Below, one piece after another: positions 22,200 through 32,827 of a DNA stretch of 64,000 bases. The translations under genes and the position numbers were made by a program. Within the stretch, counting starts at the first letter, position 1. Every line of letters begins with the position of its first letter. The stretch is from Escherichia coli (GTDB lineage Bacteria; Pseudomonadota; Gammaproteobacteria; Enterobacterales; Enterobacteriaceae), in NCBI RefSeq assembly GCF_003991155.1, contig NZ_CP031295.1; one strand, 5' to 3'. The notes under the pieces are model-generated. The model saw only the letters and a list, made by a program, of their open reading frames with translations, had not been told where the DNA came from and did not search any database.

Positions 22200-24784
22200 G
22201 TGAATAACCCACTTGAGGCCGTCACTCAGGCGGTTAACTCCCTCGTCACAGCACTGAAACTGCCTGACGAATCCGCAAAGGCCAATGAAGTTCTGGGCGA
22301 AATGAGCTTCCCGCAGTTCAGCCGTCTGCTGCCGTACCGTGATTACAACCAGGAATCCGGTCTGTTCATGAATGACACCACGATGGGCTTTATGCTGGAA
22401 GCCATCCCCATCAATGGGGCGAATGAGTCCATTGTGGAGGCCCTCGATCACATGCTGCGCACCAAACTGCCGCGCGGTATTCCGTTGTGTATCCATCTGA
22501 TGTCCAGTCAGCTGGTTGGTGACAGGATTGAATACGGGCTGCGTGAGTTCTCTGGTCAGGTGAACAGGCTGAACGGTTTAACGCCATTACCCGGGCCTAT
22601 TATATGAAAGCGGCAGCGACACAGTTTCCGCTGCCGGAGGATGAATCTGCCCGACCCTGCGCCATTACCGGTGTTTATCTCGTACTGTTCTCCTCGAAGA
22701 AAAAAGCCGGGCCGACATTCTGGAAATGGAAAACCGGTGAAAATCATCCGGGCGTCGTTACAGGGGCCAGTATCACCACACAGACGGTGGATGCACAGGC
22801 CTTTATCGATATTGTCGGGGAGATGATTAACCATAACCCGGACTCCTGTACCCGAAAAGACGTCAGCTGGACCCGTATTCTGATCTGAATTATCAGTGTG
22901 TGGAGGACAGTTTTGATCTGAAAGTCCGGGCTGATTACCTGACGCTGGGCCTGCGTGAGAACGGCAGGAACAGCACGGCCCGCATCCTGAATTTCCATCT
23001 GGCCCGTAACCCGGAAATCGCCTTCCTGTGGAACATGGCCGACAACTACAGCAACCTGCTGAACCCGGAACTGTCCATCTCCTGTCCGTTCATCCTGACG
23101 CTGACTCTGGTGGTGGAAGACCGGTGAAACCCACAGCGAAGCCAACCTGAAGTACATGGACTCGAGAAAAGTCGAAGACCTCCTATGCCAAATGGTTTCC
23201 GTCCGTGGAGAAAGAGGCGAAGGAGTGGGGAACTGCGTCAGCGGCTGGGCTCCGGTCAGTCCTCTGTCGTGTCCTACTTCCTCAACATCACAGCATTCTG
23301 CAAGGACAATAATGAAACGGCGCTGGAAGTGGAGCAGGACATCCTGAACAGCTTCCGTAAAACGGTTTTGAGCTGATTTCACCGCGCTTTAACCACATGC
23401 GCAATTTCCTGACCTGCCTTCCCTTTATGGCCGGGAAAGGGCTGTTTAAACAGCTGAAAGAGGCCGGTGTGGTTCAGCGCGCAGAGAGCTTTAATGTGGC
23501 CAACCTGATGCCGTTAGTGGCGGATAACCCCGACACCGGCAGGTCTGCTGGCACCCACCTACCGTAACCAGCTGGCGTTTATCGATATTTTCTTCCGGGG
23601 ATGAATAACACCAACTACAACATGGCGGTCTGTGGCACCTCCGGCCGGTAAAACCGGGCTGATACAGCCACTTATCCGCAGCGTGCTGGACTCCGGGGCT
23701 TTGCCGTGGTGTTTGACATGGGGATGGATATAAGTCCCTGTGTGAGAACATGGGCGGGTGTATCTGGACGGTGAAACCCTGCGTTTTAACCCGTTTGCGA
23801 ACATCACCGATATTGACCAGTCAGCGGAGCGTGTCCGTGACCAGTTGTCGGTGATGGCCAGCCCCAACGGTAACCGGATGAAGTGCATGAAGGTCTGCTG
23901 CTGCAGGCGGTCAGGCCTCTCTGGCTAAAAAGAACACAGGCGCGCATCGATGATGGTGGATTTCCTGAAAACGCCCGTGATAACGACCAGTATGCGAGTC
24001 ACCGACCATCCGCAGCCGTCTGGATGAAATGATTGTCCTGCTGGATCATATACGCCGGCGGCACTTACGGCCAGTATTTTAACTCTGATGAGCCGTCCCT
24101 GCGGGATGACGCAAAAATGGTGGTGCTGGAGCTGGGCGGACTGGAAGACCGTCCGTCACTGCTGGTTGCGGTGATGTTCTCCCTGATTATCTACATCGAG
24201 AACAGGATGTACCGCACGCCGCGTAACCTCAAGAAACTGAACGTTATTGATGAAGGCTGGCGTCTGCTGGACTTCAAAAATCACAAGGTCGGTGAATTTA
24301 TTGAGAAAGGCTACCGTACGGCCCGCCGTCATACCGGTGCCTATATCACCATCACACAGAACATCGTCGACTTTGACTCTGATAAGGCCTCCAGTGCTGC
24401 CCGCGCGGCATGGGGTAACTCCTCCTACAAAATTATCCTCAAACAGAGTGCGAAGGAGTTCGCGAAATACAACCAGCTGTATCCGGACCAGTTCCTGCCA
24501 CTGCAGCGTGACATGATTGGTAAGTTCGGTGCGGCCAAAGATCAGTGGTTCAGTTCCTGCTGCAGGTGGAAAACCATTCCCCGCACCGTCTGTTTGTGGA
24601 CCCGTTAAGCCGCGCCATGTACAGCTCTGACGGCCCGGATTTTGAGTTTGTGCAGCAGAAGCGTAAAGAGGGGCTGAGTATTCATGAGGCGGTATGGCAG
24701 CTGGCGTGGAAGAAGTCAGGGCCGGAGATGGCTTCGCTGGAAGCCCGGCTGGAAGAACATGAGAAATACAGGAGTGTGGCATGA
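22200..24784 (+). pseudogene. traC: traC (T4SS ATPase) disrupted by multiple frameshifts
   Basis: N-terminal 120 aa intact (22200-22560), then the TraC peptide continues through many short pieces in changing frames (e.g. 22900-23127, 23185-23376, 24033-24608, 24545-24784); overall length fits traC. Confidence 0.8.
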
Positions 24785-25162
24785 GTTCAACGCAGAAACC
24801 CGCCGACGTCACGGCAGAACAACGCATCCACTGGTGGTGGATGGTGCCGGATGCCCGGCAATGGTGTTACTGAACGCAGCCGTCAGTTACGGCATTGTCA
24901 GACTGAACGCACCGGTGACTGTCGCCTTCAACATGAAACAGACCGTGGATGCGTTTTTGACAGCGCCAGTCAGAAACAACTGTCAGAAGCACAGTCAAAA
25001 GCCCTTTCAGCGCGTTTAACACGGCACTGGAAGCCAGCCTGCAGGCGTGGCAGCAGAAACACCACGCGGTCATTCTGGTGTCGCCTGCTGTGGTACAGGG
25101 GCACCGGATATCACCGGGAAATCCAGCAGGATATTGCCCGGCGAATGAGGGCGGAACCATGA
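24781..25162 (+). pseudogene. trbI: trbI disrupted by frameshifts
   Basis: starts MSSTQKPADVTAE... at 24781; frame lost repeatedly; C-terminal ...IARRMRAEP readable in another frame. Confidence 0.65.
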
Positions 25163-25777
25163 GATGCCGGGGCTGATTGCCCTGCTGATATGGGGCAGAG
25201 GCCGCCGCCGATCTTGGTACCTGGGGCGATCTGTGGCCGGTAAAGGAGCCGGACATGCTGACGGTGATCATGCAGCGCCTGACGGCACTGGAGCAGTCCG
25301 GTGAGATGGGCCGGAAAATGGATGCCTTTAAGGAGCGGGTGATCCGCAACAGTCTGCGGCCCCTGCCGTGCCCGGTATCGGACGCACGGAGAAATACGGC
25401 AGCCGGTTGTTTGACCCGTCCGTCAGACTGGCTGCGGATATCCGGGATAACGAAGGGCGGGTGTTTGCCCGTCAGGGTGAAGTGATGAATCCGCTGCAGT
25501 ATGTTCCTTTAACCAGACGCTGTATTTCATCAATGGCGATGATCCGGCGCAGGTGGCCCGATGAAACGCCAGACGCCGCCCACACTGGAGAGCAAAATTA
25601 TCCTCGTGCAGGGCAGTATCCGGAGATGCAGAAAGCGCTGGACAGCCGTATTTACTTTGACCAGAACGGTGTGCTCTGCCAGCGCCTCGGCATTGATCAG
25701 GTCCCGGCACGGGTGCGCCGTTCCCGGCGATCGCTTCCTGAAGGTGGAATTTATTCCGGCAGGAGGGCAGAAAATGA
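25159..25777 (+). pseudogene. traW: traW disrupted by frameshifts
   Basis: MRCRGLIALLIWGQ... start at 25159; TraW-like pieces appear in several frames (25255-25485, 25368-25937). Confidence 0.65.
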
Positions 25778-26758
25778 AGCGAGGCCTGTGGCTGCTGATG
25801 TTCTTCCTTTCGCCGGTCATGTCCCTGCGGCGTCTGCGGATTCTGCCTGTGAGGGGCGTTTTGTAAACCCGATCACGGATATCTGCTGGAGCTGTATTTT
25901 CCCGCCTCGCTGGGCAGTATCAAAGTCAGTCAGGTAAGGTCCCCGACACGGCGAACCCGTCGATGCCCATTCAGATTTGTCCGGCACCGCCGCCGCTGTT
26001 CAGGCGTATCGGGCTGGCCATTGGTTACTGGGAGCCGATGGCGCTGACGGACGTCACCCGGTCACCGGGATGCATGGTTAACTGGGCTTCAGCCTGCCGG
26101 CTTTGGTAAAACGGCACAGGAACGGCGAAAAGGATGAGAAGCAGGTGAACGGGCGTTCTATCACGTTCACTGGTACAAATACCCGCTGACGTACTGGCTG
26201 AACATCATCACATCGCTGGGCTGTCTGGAAGGTGGTGACCTGGATATCGCTTATCTTTCTGAAATTGACCCCACCTGGACGGACAGCAGCCTGACCACCA
26301 TTCTCAATCCGGAAGCTGTCATCTTTGCCAATCCGATAGCACAGGGGGCCTGTGCAGCAGATGCCATTGCCAGCGCCTTTAATATGCCTCTCGATGTTCT
26401 GTTCTGGTGTGCCGGTTCGCAGGGCAGTATGTACCCGTTCAATGGCTGGGTGAGTAATGAGTCCAGTCCGTTGCAGTCCTCCCTGCTGGTCAGTGAACGC
26501 ATGGCGTTCAAGCTGCACCGTCAGGGCATGATTATGGAAACCATCGGGAAAAATAACGCCGTCTGTAATGAATATCCGTCCCCAATCCTGCCCAAAGAAC
26601 GCTGGCGTTACCAGATGGTGAATATGTACCCGGACAGCAGACAGTGCCACCCGTTCGGGCGCAGTGTGACCCGCTGGGAAACCGGGAAAAATCCGCCCAA
26701 TACAAAGAAAAACTTCGGCTACCTGATGTGGCGTAAACGTAACTGTGTCTTCCTGTGA
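25774..26758 (+). pseudogene. traU: traU disrupted by frameshifts (last 124 codons intact)
   Basis: MKRGLWLLMF... start at 25774; frame lost by ~25900 and regained by 26384 (ORF 26384-26758 is the TraU C-terminus). Confidence 0.7.
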
Positions 26759-26763
26759 GGTGA

Positions 26764-27405
26764 ATGATGAAGCTGAGTATGAAATCTCTGGCAGCACTGC
26801 TGATGATGCTGAACGGGGCGGTTATGGCGTCAGAAAACGTGAACACTCCTGAAAACCGCCAGTTCCTGAAGCAGCAGGAAAATTTAAGCAGACAACTGCG
26901 TGAAAAACCTGACCATCAGCTGAAAGCCTGGGCGGAGAAGCAGGTGCTGGAAAACCCCCTTCAGCGTTCAGATAACCATTTCCTGGATGAGCTGGTTCGT
27001 AAACAGCAGGCTTCGCAGGACGGGAAACCCCGGCAGGGTGCTCTGTATTTTGTGTCGTTTTCCATTCCCGAAGAGGGGCTGAAACGAATGCTGGGCGAAA
27101 CCCGGCACTACGGTATTCCGGCCACACTGCGGGGCATGGTGAACAATGACCTGAAGACCACCGCTGAAGCTGTGTTGTCCCTGGTGAAAGACGGAGCGAC
27201 TGATGGTGTTCAGATCGACCCGACGCTGTTTTCACAGTACGGCATTCGCACTGTACCGGCACTGGTGGTGTTCTGCAGTCATGGATACGACATCATCCGG
27301 GGAAACCTGCGGGTCGGCCAGGCGCTGGAGAAAGTGGCCGCCACGGGTGACTGCCGGCAGGTGGCTCATGATTTACTGGCAGGGAAAGGAGATTCCGGGA
27401 AATGA
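26764..27405 (+). CDS. trbC: TrbC pilus assembly protein
   Basis: 213 aa with signal peptide; conserved order. Confidence 0.85.
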   Translation: MMKLSMKSLAALLMMLNGAVMASENVNTPENRQFLKQQENLSRQLREKPDHQLKAWAEKQVLENPLQRSDNHFLDELVRKQQASQDGKPRQGALYFVSFSIPEEGLKRMLGETRHYGIPATLRGMVNNDLKTTAEAVLSLVKDGATDGVQIDPTLFSQYGIRTVPALVVFCSHGYDIIRGNLRVGQALEKVAATGDCRQVAHDLLAGKGDSGK

Positions 27406-29210
27406 AACGTATTTTACCTCTGATACTGGCTCTGGTTGCCGGCATGGCACAGGCTGACAGCAACAGTGATTACCGGGCCGGCTCTGATTTTGCTCACCAG
27501 ATCAAAGGACAGGGAAGCAGCAGTATTCAGGGCTTTAAGCCACAGGAGAGTATCCCCGGCTATAACGCGAATCCGGACGAGACAAAATATTACGGTGGCG
27601 TGACTGCCGGCGGGGATGGCGGCCTGAAAAATGACGGCACCACGGAATGGGCGACCGGTGAAACCGGAAAAACCATCACAGAGTCATTCATGAACAAGCC
27701 GAAAGACATTCTTTCACCGGATGCACCGTTTATCCAGACCGGCAGGGATGTGGTGAACCGGGCTGACAGCATTGTGGGAAACACCGGGCAGCAGTGCAGT
27801 GCGCAGGAGATTAGCCGGAGTGAATACACGAATTACACCTGTGAGCGGGATTTACAGGTGGAGCAGTACTGCACACGAACTGCCCGTATGGAGCTGCAGG
27901 GGAGTACCACATGGGAAACCCGGACGCTGGAGTATGAAATGAGTCAGCTACCTGCACGTGAAGTGAATGGTCAGTATGTTGTCTCCATTACCTCTCCCGT
28001 TACCGGTGAAATTGTCGATGCGCATTACAGCTGGAGTCGTACTTACCTGCAGAAGAGTGTACCTATGACAATTACAGTACTGGGAACCCCACTGAGCTGG
28101 AATGCCAAATACTCAGCAGATGCCTCATTTACACCAGTACAGAAAACACTGACTGCCGGTGTTGCTTTTACGTCATCTCACCCCGTCCGGGTCGGGAATA
28201 CAAAATTCAGACGTCATACGGCAATGAAGCTGCGTCTGGTTGTCAGGGTAAAAAAAGCCTCGTACACCCCGTATGTTGTCTGGTCTGAAAGCTGCCCGTT
28301 CAGCAAGGAGCTGGGGAAACTGACAAAAACAGAATGTACGGAGGCTGGCGGGAACAGGACGCTGGTGAAAGATGGTCAGTCATACAGCATGTACCAGAGC
28401 TGCTGGGCATACCGGGACACGTATGTCACGCAGTCAGCAGACAAGGGAACCTGTCAGACCTACACCGACAATCCTGCCTGTACCCTGGTGTCACACCAGT
28501 GCGCCTTTTACTCCGAAGAAGGTGCCTGTCTGCATGAATATGCCACCTACTCCTGCGAGTCAAAAACATCAGGGAAAGTGATGGTCTGTGGGGGAGACGT
28601 CTTCTGTCTCGATGGCGAATGCGATAAGGCTCAGAGCGGGCAGAGTAATGATTTTGCCGAAGCCGTTTCTCAGCTGGCGGCACTGGCCGCAGCAGGTAAG
28701 GATGTTGCGGCGCTGAACGGGGTGGATGTCCGTGCTTTCACCGGTCAGGCGAAATTTTGTAAGAAGGCTGCAGCCGGATACAGCAACTGCTGTAAGGACA
28801 GCGGCTGGGGACAGGATATCGGGCTGGCCAAATGCAGCAGTGATGAAAAGGCCCTGGCTAAAGCAAAATCAAACAAACTGACCGTCAGTGTCGGAGAGTT
28901 CTGTTCGAAGAAAGTGCTGGGTGTCTGCCTGGAGAAAAAACGCAGTTACTGTCAGTTTGATTCGAAGCTGGCGCAGATAGTCCAGCAGCAGGGGCGCAAC
29001 GGACAGCTGCGTATCAGTTTTGGCAGTGCGAAGCATCCTGACTGTCGGGGGATTACGGTTGATGAGCTGCAGAAAATTCAGTTCGACAGACTGGATTTCA
29101 CTAACTTCTACGAAGACCTGATGAATAACCAGAAAATCCCGGACAGTGGCGTTCTGACGCAGAAAGTGAAAGAGCAGATTGCTGACCAGCTGAAACAGGC
29201 AGGACAGTAA
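27402..29210 (+). CDS. traN: TraN mating-pair stabilisation outer-membrane protein
   Basis: 602 aa, signal peptide, Cys-rich C-terminal half. Confidence 0.9.
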   Translation: MKRILPLILALVAGMAQADSNSDYRAGSDFAHQIKGQGSSSIQGFKPQESIPGYNANPDETKYYGGVTAGGDGGLKNDGTTEWATGETGKTITESFMNKPKDILSPDAPFIQTGRDVVNRADSIVGNTGQQCSAQEISRSEYTNYTCERDLQVEQYCTRTARMELQGSTTWETRTLEYEMSQLPAREVNGQYVVSITSPVTGEIVDAHYSWSRTYLQKSVPMTITVLGTPLSWNAKYSADASFTPVQKTLTAGVAFTSSHPVRVGNTKFRRHTAMKLRLVVRVKKASYTPYVVWSESCPFSKELGKLTKTECTEAGGNRTLVKDGQSYSMYQSCWAYRDTYVTQSADKGTCQTYTDNPACTLVSHQCAFYSEEGACLHEYATYSCESKTSGKVMVCGGDVFCLDGECDKAQSGQSNDFAEAVSQLAALAAAGKDVAALNGVDVRAFTGQAKFCKKAAAGYSNCCKDSGWGQDIGLAKCSSDEKALAKAKSNKLTVSVGEFCSKKVLGVCLEKKRSYCQFDSKLAQIVQQQGRNGQLRISFGSAKHPDCRGITVDELQKIQFDRLDFTNFYEDLMNNQKIPDSGVLTQKVKEQIADQLKQAGQ

Positions 29211-29233
29211 GGTAGGGAAAATAACCGGGGGAA

Positions 29234-29497
29234 ATGATGAAGGTCATATTCACTTCTAATCGTCTTGTTGATTTTCTTATCCGGCTTTTGATTACAGCGA
29301 TTGTCATTTCCCCGGTAATTATCTGGTCGTGGGATACGGTAAAAGAAACCACTGCAGGTGAGATGCTTGCTGCCTGTTTTGTTATTTTTTACTCCGGTGT
29401 GCTCCTGTTTATTCTGTATTTTTGTTTTTCTGCCCTGACTGACCTGCAGAAACCTGATGATGAAAGAAAAAGTGATGAAAGGAATGAAGATGAATAA
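29234..29497 (+). CDS. trbE: TrbE
   Basis: 87 aa small membrane protein, positional. Confidence 0.7.
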   Translation: MMKVIFTSNRLVDFLIRLLITAIVISPVIIWSWDTVKETTAGEMLAACFVIFYSGVLLFILYFCFSALTDLQKPDDERKSDERNEDE

Positions 29498-30233
29498 AGC
29501 ATTACTGCCACTGTTACTCTGCTGCTTTATTTTTCCGGCGTCAGGAAAAGATGCAGGCTGGCAGTGGTATAACGAGAAAATAAATCCGAAGGAAAAAGAA
29601 AATAAACCAGTACCTGCAGCCCCCCGTCAGGAGCCGGACATTATGCAGAAACTGGCCGCACTGCAGACGGCAACAAAGCGGGCGCTGTACGAAGCTATTC
29701 TGTATCCCGGCGTGGATAATTTTGTGAAATATTTCCGGCTGCAGAATTACTGGACTCAGCAGGCCGGGCTTTTCACCATGAGCGCCAAAAAAGCCATGCT
29801 GGCGCATCCCGAACTGGACTATAACCTGCAGTACAGCCATTACAACGGCACGGTCCGGAACCAGCTGGCGGCAGACCAGGTGCAGCAGCGACAGGCCATT
29901 GCGAAACTGGCTGAACACTACGGCATCATGTTCTTTTACCGGGGGCAGGACCCCATCGACGGGCAGCTGGCGCAGGTCATTAATGGCTTCAGGAATACCT
30001 ATGGTCTGAGTGTTATTCCCGTTTCCGTGGATGGCGTGATTAATCCGCTGTTGCCGGATTCCCGGACTGACCAGGGGCAGGCGCAGCGCCTCGGCGTGAA
30101 ATATTTCCCGGCCATGATGCTGGTTGACCCGAAACAGGGCAGTGTTCGTCCGTTATCATACGGTTTTATTTCGCAGGACGACCTGGCAAAACAGTTCCTG
30201 AACGTTTCTGAAGATTTTAAACCGAACTTCTGA
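29490..30233 (+). CDS. traF: TraF pilus assembly protein (thioredoxin-like fold)
   Basis: 247 aa from MNKALLPLLLCCFIFPASG (signal peptide). Confidence 0.9.
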   Translation: MNKALLPLLLCCFIFPASGKDAGWQWYNEKINPKEKENKPVPAAPRQEPDIMQKLAALQTATKRALYEAILYPGVDNFVKYFRLQNYWTQQAGLFTMSAKKAMLAHPELDYNLQYSHYNGTVRNQLAADQVQQRQAIAKLAEHYGIMFFYRGQDPIDGQLAQVINGFRNTYGLSVIPVSVDGVINPLLPDSRTDQGQAQRLGVKYFPAMMLVDPKQGSVRPLSYGFISQDDLAKQFLNVSEDFKPNF

Positions 30234-30348
30234 ATTACGGATATTTTCCGTTCGTCAGTAAATTCCATTAATTCTGAACCTGATAATAATTCACCATTTA
30301 TTCCGGTAGTCCCTTATTTAATTCTCTGTATGACAGGAGAGTTTTACT

Positions 30349-30630
30349 GTGCATAAATATAAATTCTCTTTACCCCGGCTTGATATTACGGGAATGTGGG
30401 TATTTTCCCTGGGTGTCTGGTTTCATATCGTCGCCCGTCTTGTTTACAGCAAACCCTGGATGGCTTTTCTTCTGGCGGAGTTGATTGCGGCCATCCTTGT
30501 GCTGTTCGGCGCATACCAGGTGCTGGATGCATGGATTGCCCGTGTCAGCCGGGAAGAGCGTGAGGCACTGGAAGCCAGGCAACAGGCCATGATGGAAGGG
30601 CAGCAGGAGGGCAGACATGTCTCTCATTAA
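30349..30630 (+). CDS. traQ: TraQ pilin chaperone
   Basis: 93 aa (GTG start) inner-membrane protein; trbA/artA, which I recall between traF and traQ in F, are absent (only ~115 bp spacer). Confidence 0.8.
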   Translation: MHKYKFSLPRLDITGMWVFSLGVWFHIVARLVYSKPWMAFLLAELIAAILVLFGAYQVLDAWIARVSREEREALEARQQAMMEGQQEGRHVSH

Positions 30631-31162
30631 ATCACTGTTGTTCACCCTGTTGCTGGCAGCCGCTGCCGTGCAGGCCTCCACCCGGGATGAAATTGAACGA
30701 CTCTGGAATCCGCAGGGCATGGCCGCGCAGCCTGCACAACCGGCAGCAGACACATCAGCCAGGACAGAAAAGCCGGCTCCCCGCTGGTTCCGCCTCAGCA
30801 ACGGCAGGCAGGTTAACCTGGCCGACTGGAAGGTGGTGCTGTTTATGCAGGGGCATTGCCCTTACTGCCACCAGTTTGACCCGGTACTGAAACAGCTGGC
30901 ACAGCAGTACGGCTTTTCCGTTTTTCCCTACACCCTGGATGGTCAGGGGGATAACGCCTTTCCGGAGGCATTGCCGGTGCCACCGGACGTGATGCAGACC
31001 TTCTTCCCGAATATCCCGGTGGCCACACCGACCACCTTCCTGGTCAACGTCAACACGCTTGAGGCATTACCGCTTTTACAGGGGGCAACGGATGCTGCCG
31101 GTTTTATGGCGCGGATGGATACCGTTCTGCAGATGTACGGAGGGAAAAAAGGTGCGAAATAA
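30617..31162 (+). CDS. trbB: TrbB periplasmic thiol-disulfide isomerase
   Basis: 181 aa, signal peptide, CPYC active-site motif. Confidence 0.85.
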   Translation: MSLIKSLLFTLLLAAAAVQASTRDEIERLWNPQGMAAQPAQPAADTSARTEKPAPRWFRLSNGRQVNLADWKVVLFMQGHCPYCHQFDPVLKQLAQQYGFSVFPYTLDGQGDNAFPEALPVPPDVMQTFFPNIPVATPTTFLVNVNTLEALPLLQGATDAAGFMARMDTVLQMYGGKKGAK

Positions 31163-31454
31163 GCAGGTGGTGTTACTCATTGCCGGAATATCCGGCATCG
31201 CGACGGGAATAATCGTCAGCCTGAATATCCCCTTTATCCATCAGGGGCTTTTTTATCCCGCCAGCCCTGTAGAAATTGTCGTTTCGCTGTGCCTTACCTT
31301 TTCTGTTTCTGTTGTGTTTTTTGTGGGGGCAATTGTGGGATGGATTTCGGTGTCTGAAATATATTACAGCCGCAGGACTGGACGGAAATATCGGGATATA
31401 CCTGCTGAAATGTCGTATGCGCCGGGAGAACAAATTAAGGGAGGGCAAGAATGA
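31152..31454 (+). CDS. trbJ: TrbJ-like small membrane protein
   Basis: 100 aa from GTG 31152 with RBS GGAGGG; two hydrophobic segments; only one ORF fits between trbB and traH, so a separate trbF is absent. Confidence 0.5.
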   Translation: MRNKQVVLLIAGISGIATGIIVSLNIPFIHQGLFYPASPVEIVVSLCLTFSVSVVFFVGAIVGWISVSEIYYSRRTGRKYRDIPAEMSYAPGEQIKGGQE

Positions 31455-32827
31455 TGCCACGCATTAAACCTCTTCTGGTTCTTTGTGCTGCTTTACTGAC
31501 GGTCACACCCGCAGCGTCAGCGGATGTGAACAGCGACATGAATCAGTTCTTTAACAAGCTGGGCTTCGCCTCCAATACCACACAGCCGGGCGTCTGGCAG
31601 GGGCAGGCCGCCGGTTATGCTTACGGTGGCTCCCTGTATGCCCGTACTCAGGTCAAAAATGTTCAGCTGATTTCCATGACGCTGCCGGATATCAATGCCG
31701 GATGTGGCGGCATCGACGCCTATCTCGGCTCGTTCAGCTTTATTAATAGCGAGCAGTTGCAGCGTTTTGTTAAGCAGATTATGAGCAATGCTGCCGGTTA
31801 CTTCTTTGACCTTGCCCTGCAGACAACGGTGCCGGAAATCAAAACCGCAAAAGACTTCCTGCAGAAAATGGCAAGCGACATTAACAGTATGAACCTCAGT
31901 TCCTGCCAGGCGGCGCAGGGGATTATTGGCGGGCTTTTCCCCCGGACGCAGGTGTCCCAGCAAAAAGTCTGTCAGGACATTGCCGGTGAGAGCAATATTT
32001 TTGCTGACTGGGCTGCTTCCCGGCAGGGATGTACCGTTGGCGGGAAATCTGACAGCGTCAGGGATAAAGCCAGCGACAAGGATAAGGAGCGGGTGACCAA
32101 AAACATTAACATCATGTGGAATGCGCTTTCCAAAAACAGAATGTTTGACGGCAACAAAGAGCTGAAAGAGTTTGTGATGACGCTGACCGGCTCACTGGTG
32201 TTTGGTCCCAACGGCGAAATCACACCGCTGTCGGCCAGAACCACTGACCGCTCAATTATCCGGGCCATGATGGAAGGCGGCACAGCAAAAATTTATCACT
32301 GCAACGATTCTGATAAATGCCTGAAAGTGGTGGCAGACACACCGGTGACTATAAGCCGGGATAATGCACTGAAGTCTCAGATTACTAAACTTCTGGCCAG
32401 CATTCAGAACAAGGCGGTCAGTGACACGCCTCTGGATGACAAGGAAAAAGGCTTTATTTCCAGTACCACCATCCCCGTCTTCAAATACCTGGTTGACCCG
32501 CAGATGCTCGGTGTTTCCAACAGCATGATTTACCAGCTGACGGACTATATCGGTTACGACATCCTGCTGCAGTACATTCAGGAGCTGATACAGCAGGCCC
32601 GGGCGATGGTGGCCACGGGAAATTATGACGAAGCAGTTATCGAACATATTAACGACAATATGAATGATGCCACCCGGCAGATTGCGGCGTTTCAGTCACA
32701 GGTGCAGGTACAGCAGGATGCGCTGCTGGTTGTCGATCGTCAGATGAGCTACATGCGTCAGCAGCTTTCCGCCCGCATGCTCAGTCGTTACCAGAACAAC
32801 TATCACTTCGGAGGGAGCACGCTGTGA
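31451..32827 (+). CDS. traH: TraH pilus assembly protein
   Basis: 458 aa, signal peptide, C-terminal coiled coil. Confidence 0.9.
   Translation: MMPRIKPLLVLCAALLTVTPAASADVNSDMNQFFNKLGFASNTTQPGVWQGQAAGYAYGGSLYARTQVKNVQLISMTLPDINAGCGGIDAYLGSFSFINSEQLQRFVKQIMSNAAGYFFDLALQTTVPEIKTAKDFLQKMASDINSMNLSSCQAAQGIIGGLFPRTQVSQQKVCQDIAGESNIFADWAASRQGCTVGGKSDSVRDKASDKDKERVTKNINIMWNALSKNRMFDGNKELKEFVMTLTGSLVFGPNGEITPLSARTTDRSIIRAMMEGGTAKIYHCNDSDKCLKVVADTPVTISRDNALKSQITKLLASIQNKAVSDTPLDDKEKGFISSTTIPVFKYLVDPQMLGVSNSMIYQLTDYIGYDILLQYIQELIQQARAMVATGNYDEAVIEHINDNMNDATRQIAAFQSQVQVQQDALLVVDRQMSYMRQQLSARMLSRYQNNYHFGGSTL

Noticed and set aside
26078-26797. 239-aa ORF on the minus strand
   Set aside because: Antisense to the traU remnant and trbC start; the sense strand carries recognisable TraU peptide
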